A stretch of DNA of 64,000 nt from an uncultured Acidobacteriaceae bacterium (GTDB lineage Bacteria > Acidobacteriota > Terriglobia > Terriglobales > Acidobacteriaceae): the NCBI GenBank assembly GCA_963715965.1, contig CAVQSN010000001.1:809736-873735 (forward strand), given 5' to 3'. The position numbers were made by a program, and so were the translations under genes. This document shows, piece by piece, positions 53,243 to 61,731 of this stretch. Within the stretch, counting starts at the first letter, position 1. Each line of letters opens with the position of its first letter. Under the pieces are notes generated by a model. The model had not been told where the DNA came from and searched no databases. It saw only the letters and a program-made list of their open reading frames with translations.

Positions 53243-53360
53243 CCCACCGTCCAAAACCCGCTCCCAGCAGCCCATCTGTACTTTTAATTCGTCTTGGGGG
53301 TTGTTCCGCGGCGCGGCTCGTGCTAGAAACGCCTATACACAAATTTCGGAAACGGCCTTC

Positions 53361-53762
53361 ATGAGCCTCCGCAAGAAAGCTTCCAAAAAAACGGCGCGCA
53401 CCCCAGAAATTATCATTCCGGATAAGCTCTATTTCCGGATCGGCGAGGTCGCCGCCTTATGCCGCCTGCCCGCCTACGTTCTTCGCTTCTGGGAAACCGA
53501 ATTCCCGCAGTTAAAACCCGTGAAAAGCAATACCGGCCAGCGTATGTATCGCAAGCGCGATGTGGAGTCGGTGGTGCGCATTAAGAAACTGCTTTATGAC
53601 GATGGCTTCACCATCGCTGGCGCTCGCCTGCAGTTGCGCGAAGAAGCCAAGTCCGACCGGAATCAAAGCGCTCTCCCCTTTCCGATACCAGCTTCCGTCG
53701 ATGTGGCGCACTTCCGTCACGAACTGCAGCAGATCCTTCACATTCTTTCCGCCCGCCGCTAA
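53361..53762 (+). CDS. MerR-family transcriptional regulator
   Basis: YFRIGEVAALCRLPAYVLRFWETEF…QRMYRKRDVESVVRIKKLLYDDGFTIAGAR, a MerR HTH plus dimerisation helix. Confidence 0.88.
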   Translation: MSLRKKASKKTARTPEIIIPDKLYFRIGEVAALCRLPAYVLRFWETEFPQLKPVKSNTGQRMYRKRDVESVVRIKKLLYDDGFTIAGARLQLREEAKSDRNQSALPFPIPASVDVAHFRHELQQILHILSARR

Positions 53763-53905
53763 AAAACCTCGGATCAAGTCGGGGAAATGGAGTGTTTTGA
53801 AAGGCCATAGCTCGTTCGATAATTCATCCCTCACGAAGTGAGGGACCTGCATTCCAGCCGCGACGCAGATCCCTCGATTCTCACCAGCGAACTCTCTGCC
53901 AAACG

Positions 53906-54520
53906 TTACGCCGATTCCCGCATCGGCTCGGCCTCCACGAGCGGAGCCTCCACCAGATGCTCGCTCAGAAACCACACCTGCAGTTCACTGGTGCGCAGAA
54001 CATCGCTGACCACCACATCGTTGGTGCCCGCGTCGCCCAGTTTGTCGGCGCGCTCCGCCAGTTCCCGGCATTCGGTAATAATGATCTGATGAGCGTCCAG
54101 CAACCGCGACAGTTGCACCGGAACCTCTTCCCGTCCCTTCGGTGGCCGCGAAATCCGTGTCGTTTCCGCCACGTCTGCCGCCATCGCGAGACTGATTCCG
54201 CCCAATAGCTGGATTCGTTCGGCAATCGTATCGACTAGTTCGCTCTGTTCCGCGAAATGCTTATCGAACAGAAGATGGAGCTGATAGAAGGTAGCTCCCG
54301 ACACCTGCCAATGCGATTTCTTATAAAGATCCCGCAGCGTTATGGTGTCCGCCAATAATTGGTTGAGTTGCTCCGTCATTTCCAGACGTACCGGCTCCTC
54401 CAGTTGCAGCGGCATCATACTCGTCACCGTGCCGAATGGCTGGAGTTCGCGAGCGCTCTGATGAAAACGCGGCTGTGCTGAAGCTTTGTGCGAGTTGTTG
54501 GAGAGTGGTTTCTTGGCCAT
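53906..54520 (-). CDS. dps: Dps-family DNA-protection/ferritin-like protein
   Basis: LYKKSHWQVSGATFYQLHLLFDKH…D.IAERIQLLGG, the Dps ferroxidase motifs. Confidence 0.9.
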   Translation of the reverse strand: MAKKPLSNNSHKASAQPRFHQSARELQPFGTVTSMMPLQLEEPVRLEMTEQLNQLLADTITLRDLYKKSHWQVSGATFYQLHLLFDKHFAEQSELVDTIAERIQLLGGISLAMAADVAETTRISRPPKGREEVPVQLSRLLDAHQIIITECRELAERADKLGDAGTNDVVVSDVLRTSELQVWFLSEHLVEAPLVEAEPMRESA

Positions 54521-54526
54521 GGATTT

Positions 54527-54592
54527 CTCCTCAGACTACAAATTTCGGGCAAGCCAGAGGAGGAAATTCCGAACAAGAAATCATTCTCCTCC
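54527..54592 (-). promoter_or_regulatory. dps 5' leader with SD-mimic / anti-SD / SD arrangement and a 17-codon uORF
   Basis: Minus strand 5'-GGAGGAGAAUGA…UUUCCUCCUC…GUCUGAGGAGAAAUCCAUG. CCUCCUC (54557-63) can pair with either GAGGAG copy. The uORF runs from ATG 54584 to a TGA at 54531-33 that overlaps the dps SD. Confidence 0.3.
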
Positions 54593-54776
54593 AGGGCGGC
54601 CCGTCTCAGCCCTTTTGGATGCGAACCACGGTATTTGGATACCTATCTTTCGGAAAAGAACAGCTCAGCCCCGAGCCCACGAACCAAACCAAGGATCTGC
54701 TACGATCGTTGGCCGGGAATCGATCCGCTCAGCGTCGTCAGTTTCCGAGCAAACTTGCGGACCGTCCGGCCACCCG

Positions 54777-55073
54777 TCAGTCGGCAGCGCTGCGTCGCAG
54801 GTTGTGGACTTCGGTCAAAAACTCCACGTGCGGCGTGCCTTTGACGCCCGCACCCGCCATCTTGGTCTTCAGTTCGTCCGAAGCAACAAACGCCCGCGCC
54901 GATTCCAGGCTCTCCCATTCAAAAAAAAGCGTCACATCGTTGACGTTTCCAGCACTTCGGAAAATGCGGCAAGCCCTTTCGCCGTGCTTGTGCCGCCAGT
55001 CCAGGCTGGAATCGAACACCGTCTTCCAGGCCACATAATCGGTAACCTCGTGGTGAATGATAACGTTGATCAT
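54777..55073 (-). CDS. small alpha+beta-barrel (ABM/Dabb-like) protein, function unknown
   Basis: 98 aa from MINVIIHHEV. AAAGGAG SD. Length and hydrophobic pattern fit a ferredoxin-like barrel. The assignment is weak. Confidence 0.5.
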   Translation of the reverse strand: MINVIIHHEVTDYVAWKTVFDSSLDWRHKHGERACRIFRSAGNVNDVTLFFEWESLESARAFVASDELKTKMAGAGVKGTPHVEFLTEVHNLRRSAAD

Positions 55074-55409
55074 GATTTCCTCGGAACTCCTTTCAACGTG
55101 AAAAGGTGCGCCAATTGCCGAAAAAATGCAAGGGCGCAAGTCACAGTTCATAGATTGTCACGGATCAAGGAACGTCAACCGGCAGAAGAATCTTCTTAAA
55201 TACTCGGTATTGCTCATCAGCCGGAGAGTCAGAATGCATCGCGCCTACTTCTGCAAGCCCGTGCCCAACGAGGGTCCTTCCCCGCATATTTGCCGCAAGA
55301 AAAATCACCCATCCTGGCTTTCTGATGAAAAAACCTTTCACCCTATTCAAAAATGATAGCGATTGCTACAATTTTGCGTTACTAACTTGGCAAAGGAGAT
55401 TCTTCTCCC

Positions 55410-56810
55410 ATGCTTTGTTCCTCCGGACGCAAGTTACTCTTTGCTCTCTTCCTTACCGCCCTCACTTCTGTGTGTTGCGCCGCGGATACCTTCAAAACAC
55501 TGATCGTCTTCGATGGCACCGACGGGGCAACCCCAGTCGACACGCCTTTGGTTCAGGGACCCGACGGTAATATCTACGGAACCACTCTCGGCGGAGGAAC
55601 CAACGGCGCTGGCACCGTCTTCAAAATGACACCAGCCGGCAACGTCACGATCCTTTATAGCTTCTGCTCCCTTACCAAATGCGCCGACGGTGCCTTGCCT
55701 TACGCCGGACTGGTTCTGGCAAGCGACGGCAACTTCTATGGAACAACCTCTCAGGGCGGCACCGCCGATGGCATCTCCGGCACCGTGTTCAGAATCACGC
55801 CCACGGGCACGTTGACAACCTTGCATAGTTTCGACAACACGGATGGAGCCGACTCCAGCGCCCCTTTGCTCCAAGCTGCAAACGGCGATCTCTATGGGAT
55901 CGCAGAGCACGGCGGATCCTTTAATGCCGGCACGTTCTTCAAAATCACGATGCACGGCGCCTTCACTTCGCTCTACAACTTCGCCGGTGGCGATCTGAAC
56001 GCGCCACTGCTTCAGGCCACCGACGGAAACTTTTACAGCACAAGTGAATCCGCCGGGGACTATGGCTATGGCATGATTTTCAAACTCACCCCAAGCGGCC
56101 ATTTCAGCATTCTGCACAGCTTCGACTCTACCGACGGCAGTGCTCCCGCCTGCGGTCTGCTCCAGGCTTCCGACGGAGGCTTGTACGGAACAACTTACCA
56201 GGGTGGCTCCAACAACTCGTGCGAGAACGGTTGCGGCACTGTCTTCAAAATTACTCTTGCAGGGGCACTGACCACTCTGCACAATTTTGACGGAACCGAT
56301 GGCTCCAATCCGATCGCGGCGCTGATTCAGGCAACGGACGGCAATTTCTACGGCACAACCTATGCAGGCGGAACTGCCGGCGACTGGGGGACAGTCTTCA
56401 AGATGACTTCCACCGGCAAGGTCACCACGCTACACAGTTTTGCGGGAACCGACGGAGCTCAACCCTACGGACCTGTATCCCAGGACACCAGCGGTAACCT
56501 CTACGGCACAGCCACCAATGGAACCGGCGCCGCCGCCAGCGGCACCGCCTTCTTCGTCTCCACCAGGTTGGAGCCGTTCGTTGCCTTTGTGCGCAACCGC
56601 GGAAAAGTACACCAGACGGTCGGCATCCTAGGCCAGGGATTGACCGGCACGACGGCCGTTTCCTTCGGAGACGTCGCCGCCACATTCAAAGTGCAATCCG
56701 ATACCTATCTCACAGCAACGGTCCCCGATGGTGCAACCTCAGGATACGTAGCAGTAACCACGCCCACCGCCGCCCTCAAAAGCAACGTGCCCTTTCAAGT
56801 CTTGCCCTGA
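55410..56810 (+). CDS. secreted GloVer (Gloeo_Verruco) tandem-repeat beta-propeller protein with C-terminal IPT/TIG domain
   Basis: Seven to eight repeats of …DG.(L/F)YGTT..GG…GTVFK(I/M)T..G..T.LHSF…DG. C-terminal Ig-like segment. AAAGGAG SD. Confidence 0.8.
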   Translation: MLCSSGRKLLFALFLTALTSVCCAADTFKTLIVFDGTDGATPVDTPLVQGPDGNIYGTTLGGGTNGAGTVFKMTPAGNVTILYSFCSLTKCADGALPYAGLVLASDGNFYGTTSQGGTADGISGTVFRITPTGTLTTLHSFDNTDGADSSAPLLQAANGDLYGIAEHGGSFNAGTFFKITMHGAFTSLYNFAGGDLNAPLLQATDGNFYSTSESAGDYGYGMIFKLTPSGHFSILHSFDSTDGSAPACGLLQASDGGLYGTTYQGGSNNSCENGCGTVFKITLAGALTTLHNFDGTDGSNPIAALIQATDGNFYGTTYAGGTAGDWGTVFKMTSTGKVTTLHSFAGTDGAQPYGPVSQDTSGNLYGTATNGTGAAASGTAFFVSTRLEPFVAFVRNRGKVHQTVGILGQGLTGTTAVSFGDVAATFKVQSDTYLTATVPDGATSGYVAVTTPTAALKSNVPFQVLP

Positions 56811-56878
56811 GGCGGGAAGGGCCCGCTAATTATGATCGCAAACCTTGGATTTGGACGGAGGTGGATGGATGTAAGAAA

Positions 56879-56955
56879 TGGTCGGGACGGCGAGATTTGA
56901 ACTCGCGACCCCTTGCACCCCAAGCAAGTGCGCTACCAGGCTGCGCTACGTCCCG
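56879..56955 (-). tRNA. tRNA-Pro (anticodon GGG), CCA encoded
   Basis: Hand-folded cloverleaf: acceptor CGGGACG/CGTCCCG, D stem GCGC/GCGC, anticodon stem CTTGC/GCAAG with loop TTGGGGT, T arm GCGAG-TTCAAAT-CTCGC, 3' ACCA. Confidence 0.93.
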
Positions 56956-57108
56956 ATCGATCCACTGCCCTAGATAAAAACACAGAACACGGCAGCGTGG
57001 AGTTTTTGACTTCCAAATTCTACACTACTCACCTGCCTCGGGCTTCGCTTTATCTCACAAACACAGAGTGATCGCCATCACCTCGAATCACGCCCGCCAA
57101 GCCTCAAC

Positions 57109-58233
57109 ATGGAGTTCGAGCCAGCCATCTCGGGTCGTGGCAGGCAAGCGAGGATTCTCTTGGCAATTCTTGTCTCCGGCGGAGCAGGCTACATCGGCAG
57201 TCATGCCGCCCGCGCCCTGCGCCGTTCCGGCTATGAGGCCATCCTCTACGACAACCTTTCCGCTGGCAACCGCCACCTCGCGCAAGGCTTCGAACTGATC
57301 GAGGGCGACATAGCCGACCATGCCAGGCTCAAACGCGTGCTCAAGCGGGTTGACGCGGTCATCCACTTCGCTGCCCACGCCTACGTAGGCGAGTCGGTCA
57401 AGAACCCGCGAAAATATTTCGACAACAACGTCCACGCCGCGCTCAATCTGTTGAACGCCGTGCTGGACGCCGGAATCCGCCGCTTCGTCTTCTCCTCCAG
57501 TTGCGCCGTCTATGGAGTCCCCAGCCAAATCCCCATCGCCGAACAAACCTCGCGTGAGCCCGTCAATCCCTACGGCGTCTCCAAACTTTTCTTCGAGAGC
57601 GCTCTCGAAGGCTACGCGAGCGCCTATGGAGTCCGCTCCGTAAGGTTGCGCTACTTCAATGCCGCCGGAGCCGATGAGAGCGGCGAGATTGGTGAACTCC
57701 ACAACCCGGAGACGCATCTGATTCCTCTGGCTTTAGCCGCCGCCACCTGCAGCGGGCCCGAGTTGCAGATCCACGGCTCCGACTACCCGACTCCCGACGG
57801 CACCTGCGTCCGCGATTACATTCACGTCAACGATCTAGCCGATGCCCACGTGCGAGCCTTGCAATACCTTGAACGAGACCACAGCAGCAACATCAACGAC
57901 CAAAATAGCTCGCCCTCGCTAGCCCTGAATCTAGGAACCGGCCGCGGACGTTCCGTTCTCGAGGTCATTCAAGCCGTCGAAACCGCCACTGGACGCCCGG
58001 TTCGCTACACGCTCGGCCCGCGCCGCCCCGGCGATCCTCCCATTCTCGTAGCCGACCCCAACCAGGCTCAAAGCATCCTGGGATGGGCCGCGCAGCGCAA
58101 TCTCTCCGATATCGTCTCGACTGCCTGGATGTGGATGCAGAAGACCTCGCCCGGCATCCGGCGCCCCGTCTCTTCCTTGCGCTCCGTCGATCCTGCTGCC
58201 GATCGTTTCGCCACATCCATCAAACGAGCTTGA
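57109..58233 (+). CDS. galE: UDP-glucose 4-epimerase
   Basis: ILVSGGAGYIGSH Rossmann motif, YGVSKLF (YxxxK). The true start is probably TTG 57160 (GAGGA SD), not ATG 57109. Confidence 0.9.
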   Translation: MEFEPAISGRGRQARILLAILVSGGAGYIGSHAARALRRSGYEAILYDNLSAGNRHLAQGFELIEGDIADHARLKRVLKRVDAVIHFAAHAYVGESVKNPRKYFDNNVHAALNLLNAVLDAGIRRFVFSSSCAVYGVPSQIPIAEQTSREPVNPYGVSKLFFESALEGYASAYGVRSVRLRYFNAAGADESGEIGELHNPETHLIPLALAAATCSGPELQIHGSDYPTPDGTCVRDYIHVNDLADAHVRALQYLERDHSSNINDQNSSPSLALNLGTGRGRSVLEVIQAVETATGRPVRYTLGPRRPGDPPILVADPNQAQSILGWAAQRNLSDIVSTAWMWMQKTSPGIRRPVSSLRSVDPAADRFATSIKRA

Positions 58234-58288
58234 CACCCGAGCCTGACCCCAGTTGCAACCCCACACCGTTTCACGTACTCTGCCGCGC

Positions 58289-60451
58289 ATGGGAATTCGC
58301 AACTCGTTCGCCTCGTTGTCTCTCCGCATCTTGCTGTTGCTCGCTTCGCCGCTAATGTTGTTTGCTCAGACGCCTTCGCAGACGCCCGCTCCCGCCGCCT
58401 TCTCGCTCGAACAGGTGCTGAGTTCGCCCTTCCCATCCAATCTCGTGGCTGCTCAGCCCACCAAAGACCACGCCGGACGCATCGCATGGGTGTTCACCAC
58501 CCGAGGCGAGCGCAACGTGTGGGTGGCGGACGCACCAAATTTTGAGGCCCGTCAGGTCACGCACTATACGGGCGACGAAGGCCTGCCCATCGCCGCCCTG
58601 CAACTGACGCCCGACGGACGCACCGTAGTCTACGCTCGCGGCACCGAATCGAATGGCGCGGGAGAAGTCGCGGACCCGACCAGCAGCGGCCTCAAGCGCA
58701 TACAGCAGGTATGGGCGGTGGATATCGAAAAGGGAGAGCATGGGTCAATCGAGCCGCGACTCCTCGGCGACATGGGCTGCGACGAGGAAGGATGCGAAGA
58801 CATTCAGATTTCCCCCAACGGGGAATTCGCCCTGTGGTCAGCGAGAAAGCAGATCTGGATCGCTTCCATCTATGGCAGGAGCGATGACAAAGCCAAAGCG
58901 TTGAGCTTCGTTCGCGGCTCAAACTCCCAGCCGAAGTGGTCACCCGACGGCAAAAAAATCGCCTTCATCAGCGATCGCGGCGATCATAGTTTTGTCGTCA
59001 TCTACGAATTCGGTCGCAACACGCTCCACTACGTTTCCCCGAGCGCCGACCGCGATCTCTTTCCCCGCTGGTCGCCGGATGGCAGCCATCTAGCTTTCGT
59101 GCGTCTGGTGGGCAAACAGATGAAGCAACCCGTGATTCCACTGCTGCCGTTGCCGTGGGCCATCTGGCTGTATGACGTAGCCAGCGATACAGCACGCGAA
59201 ATATGGAAGAGCGGCCCCGCCCTCGACGACTCTCTTCCCAATCTAACTGAAGATGGGTCCTTTAAATTCGCCGCCAAAAATCGCATCGTGTTCTCCTCCG
59301 AACAGGATGGATGGAACCATCTCTACTCCGTACCGACCACCGGCGGCCGGGCTACGTTGCTCACTCCCGGAAAATTCGAGACCGAAGATGTCGCCCTCAG
59401 CTCCGACAAACAATCTGTGATTTACACGTCCAATCAAGCCAGCGCTGATCCCAACGATGTCGACCGCCGTCATCTGTGGCGAGTCAGCGTCGAGGGCGGA
59501 ACGCCCGAAGCGCTCACCCACGGCGAAACCTTGGAATGGACGCCGCTGGAAGTCGCCGGCAAAATAGTGTGTCTGGGCTCAACCGCCACCAGTCCCGCCA
59601 TGCCCTATGTGGTCACCTCGCAGGGACGCGAAATGATCGCAAAATCCGCGCTGCCGGTGGATTTCCCGTCGACGCACATGGTCACGCCAAAACAGGTAAT
59701 CTTCAACGCCGCCGACGGTTGGGAAATCCACGGCCAACTATTTGAACCAAAGGAAACCGGCCCGCGCCCCGCGCTCATCTTCATTCACGGCGGCTCCATT
59801 CGCCAAATGATGCTCGGCTTCCATTACATGGACTACTACCACAATGCCTACGCCATGAATCAATACCTGGCGAGCCGTGGATACGTCGTGCTCGCTGTCA
59901 ATTATCGAACCGGCATCATGTACGGCCGTCACTTTCGCGAACCGAGCGATGGAGGCCCACGCGGCGGCGCCGAATATAAAGACATCGTAGCCGGGGGAAA
60001 ATATCTGCAGGGCCTGCCGAACGTCGATCCTAAGAGAATCGGACTCTGGGGCGGGTCCTACGGCGGCTACCTGACCGCCATGGGCCTCGCGCACGACTCC
60101 GATCTCTTTGCCGCCGGAGTCGATTTGCATGGAGTCCATGACTGGTCCGTATTCAACGAAGACATTCCAAAGGATGCGCCCGATCACGATGCCGCCGTCA
60201 AGCTGGCATTTCAATCGTCCCCGAATGCCGCCATTGCAACCTGGAAGTCACCCGTCCTGCTAATCCAGGGCGACGACGATCGCAATGTCCCGTTCTCCCA
60301 AACCGTCGACCTGTTGCAGCGTCTGCGCGAGCAAAATGTCCATGTCGAGCAACTGGTTTTCCCCGACGAAATTCACGGCTTCCTGCTGTGGAAGAGCTGG
60401 ATCAAAGCCTACAGCGCAACGGACGAATTCTTCGGGCGAGAGATGAAGTAA
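58289..60451 (+). CDS. S9-family serine peptidase (prolyl oligopeptidase / acylaminoacyl peptidase type) with N-terminal beta-propeller
   Basis: Signal peptide. TolB-like PD40 repeats (WSPDGKKIAF, WSPDGSHLAF). Catalytic GGSYGGY, and the Asp/His region at the C-terminus. Confidence 0.88.
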   Translation: MGIRNSFASLSLRILLLLASPLMLFAQTPSQTPAPAAFSLEQVLSSPFPSNLVAAQPTKDHAGRIAWVFTTRGERNVWVADAPNFEARQVTHYTGDEGLPIAALQLTPDGRTVVYARGTESNGAGEVADPTSSGLKRIQQVWAVDIEKGEHGSIEPRLLGDMGCDEEGCEDIQISPNGEFALWSARKQIWIASIYGRSDDKAKALSFVRGSNSQPKWSPDGKKIAFISDRGDHSFVVIYEFGRNTLHYVSPSADRDLFPRWSPDGSHLAFVRLVGKQMKQPVIPLLPLPWAIWLYDVASDTAREIWKSGPALDDSLPNLTEDGSFKFAAKNRIVFSSEQDGWNHLYSVPTTGGRATLLTPGKFETEDVALSSDKQSVIYTSNQASADPNDVDRRHLWRVSVEGGTPEALTHGETLEWTPLEVAGKIVCLGSTATSPAMPYVVTSQGREMIAKSALPVDFPSTHMVTPKQVIFNAADGWEIHGQLFEPKETGPRPALIFIHGGSIRQMMLGFHYMDYYHNAYAMNQYLASRGYVVLAVNYRTGIMYGRHFREPSDGGPRGGAEYKDIVAGGKYLQGLPNVDPKRIGLWGGSYGGYLTAMGLAHDSDLFAAGVDLHGVHDWSVFNEDIPKDAPDHDAAVKLAFQSSPNAAIATWKSPVLLIQGDDDRNVPFSQTVDLLQRLREQNVHVEQLVFPDEIHGFLLWKSWIKAYSATDEFFGREMK

Positions 60452-60457
60452 AGAGAG

Positions 60458-60487
60458 ATTTGTAATTGGTGATTTGTAATTTGCAAT
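60458..60487. repeat. left arm of an imperfect ~30-bp inverted repeat built of TTTGTAAT units
   Basis: ATTTGTAATTGGTGATTTGTAATTTGCAAT matches the reverse complement of 60851-60882 at 27 of ~31 positions. Confidence 0.8.
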
Positions 60488-60548
60488 ATAAGCGCCGAAA
60501 CAACGGGTGCAGGCGCGCGGAATGGCGTCTTGGGGTAATGGTCGGTGG

Positions 60549-60773
60549 TTATTTGTAATGGATCATGGAAACAATGTGCCCATCAACCTTCGAGATATGC
60601 ACAACGGCAACCCCGCCGTAGCACTGAGTGGTGACACCACCTTTGCCATCCGGACATCGTAGAGTGCCAGAAACAGTCCAAACGCCATCCTTCAGTTCGG
60701 CTGTGAAGGGTTGTTCGGAATCGATCTGCTTCTTGCCATAAACAGGAACTAGCACTGCTTCCGCGATTTTCAC
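60549..60773 (-). pseudogene. NTF2-fold immunity-like (YbbC/YhhH-type) gene, apparently 5'-truncated
   Basis: AVKIAEAVLVPVYGKKQIDSEQPFTAELKDGVWTVSGTL…GGVAVVHISKVDGHIVSMIHYK fits the family pattern. The frame stays open upstream through a lipobox-like ..CSAFPVPD but hits TAA at 60822-24 with no signal peptide or ATG. The only start is a GTG at 60773. Confidence 0.45.
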
Positions 60774-60850
60774 GGCAGTGGTCGAGTCGGGAACGGGAAA
60801 AGCCGAGCACCGCGCGAGCTCTTATACCATGCCTCCATCTCGCTTTAGAA

Positions 60851-60882
60851 ATTACGAAATTACAAATTACCAAATTACAAAA
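60851..60882. repeat. right arm of the inverted repeat (overlaps the stop codon of the HIT gene)
   Basis: ATTACGAAATTACAAATTACCAAATTACAAAA. See the left arm. Confidence 0.8.
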
Positions 60883-61360
60883 CCCCTCCAAATGCTTTCC
60901 GAATCCGCTCCCAGGTAACCTCCAGGGTCTCCGGCAGCACCCGAGTCTCGCCGATCACGCTGATGAAATTCGCATCCGCAACCCAGCGCGGCAAAACGTG
61001 CATGTGAATATGTCCCGCCACTCCCGCGCCCGCAGCCTTCCCAATATTCATGCCGAGATTAATACCATCGGGCCTGTAAAGAGAGCGCAAAACCGTCTCC
61101 ATCTTTTGCGTCAACGCCATCATCTCCTGCGCGGCATCGACTGGAAGCTTCTGCAGTTCGTCCAGGTGTGCATAAGGCACCACCATCACATGCCCATTTG
61201 TATATGGATAAGTATTGAGGATGACATAGCAATGCGCGCCCCGATGCACAATGCGCGCCCGTTCATCGCTCTCCTTAGGGGCATTGCAGAAGATGCAGCC
61301 CGGCTTCTGTTCAGCACCGGTAACAAACGCGTAACGCCAAGGCGTCCAGAGATAATCCAT
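60875..61360 (-). CDS. HIT-family nucleotide hydrolase/phosphorylase (Ap4A-phosphorylase-like)
   Basis: 161 aa. Histidine triad GHIHMHVLPRW. N-terminal WRYAF…CIFC motif. Confidence 0.85.
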   Translation of the reverse strand: MDYLWTPWRYAFVTGAEQKPGCIFCNAPKESDERARIVHRGAHCYVILNTYPYTNGHVMVVPYAHLDELQKLPVDAAQEMMALTQKMETVLRSLYRPDGINLGMNIGKAAGAGVAGHIHMHVLPRWVADANFISVIGETRVLPETLEVTWERIRKAFGGVL

Positions 61361-61549
61361 GCGGGCAGATTAGCAGAAACACGTCTCGGCTTCGACCTGC
61401 GAACTTTGAGTGCGCACTACGAGGCGTAAGCAAGACAAGCGCCGATACCAACGAAGCCCGACGCGCACCGTAGCTTGAATCTCCGAGGTCAATACCCAGC
61501 AGCCAATATGACCCGCCGGTAAATTCTTCGACTCACCCCGGAATCTCGT

Positions 61550-61579
61550 TTGACACTATTCCAAGCCCGTTGCTATAGT
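61550..61579 (+). promoter_or_regulatory. candidate sigma-70 promoter of rpsA (TTGACA-N18-TATAGT)
   Basis: -35 at 61550-55, -10 at 61574-79. Predicts a leader of about 145 nt. Confidence 0.55.
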
Positions 61580-61731
61580 CATAGAGTCCCTATTGGACGC
61601 GGTTTCGAACCAGCTGGAATTGTCCTAGGGTCGTCCGCCAGGGCGGCCTCAACGCAACCAAAAGACCACGCCAGCAGTCCGCTACACCACGTCCCGCAGA
61701 AGTCGCGCCCCGACGCGTCGACCCAGAGGCT

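Noticed and set aside
55165-55350. A 61-aa minus-strand ORF ending …YRVFKKILLPVDVP*, which resembles the N-terminus of a universal stress protein
   Set aside because: The Usp-like motif is at the C-terminal end of the ORF and is followed by a stop with no Usp-like continuation in any frame. Probably coincidence.
60458-60882. Short AT-rich repeats (TTTGTAAT units) considered as a possible CRISPR array, along with the 18-bp repeats at 40271-40317
   Set aside because: The repeat units are 7-18 bp and directly adjacent or inverted, with no unique spacers of CRISPR size. No cas genes are present.
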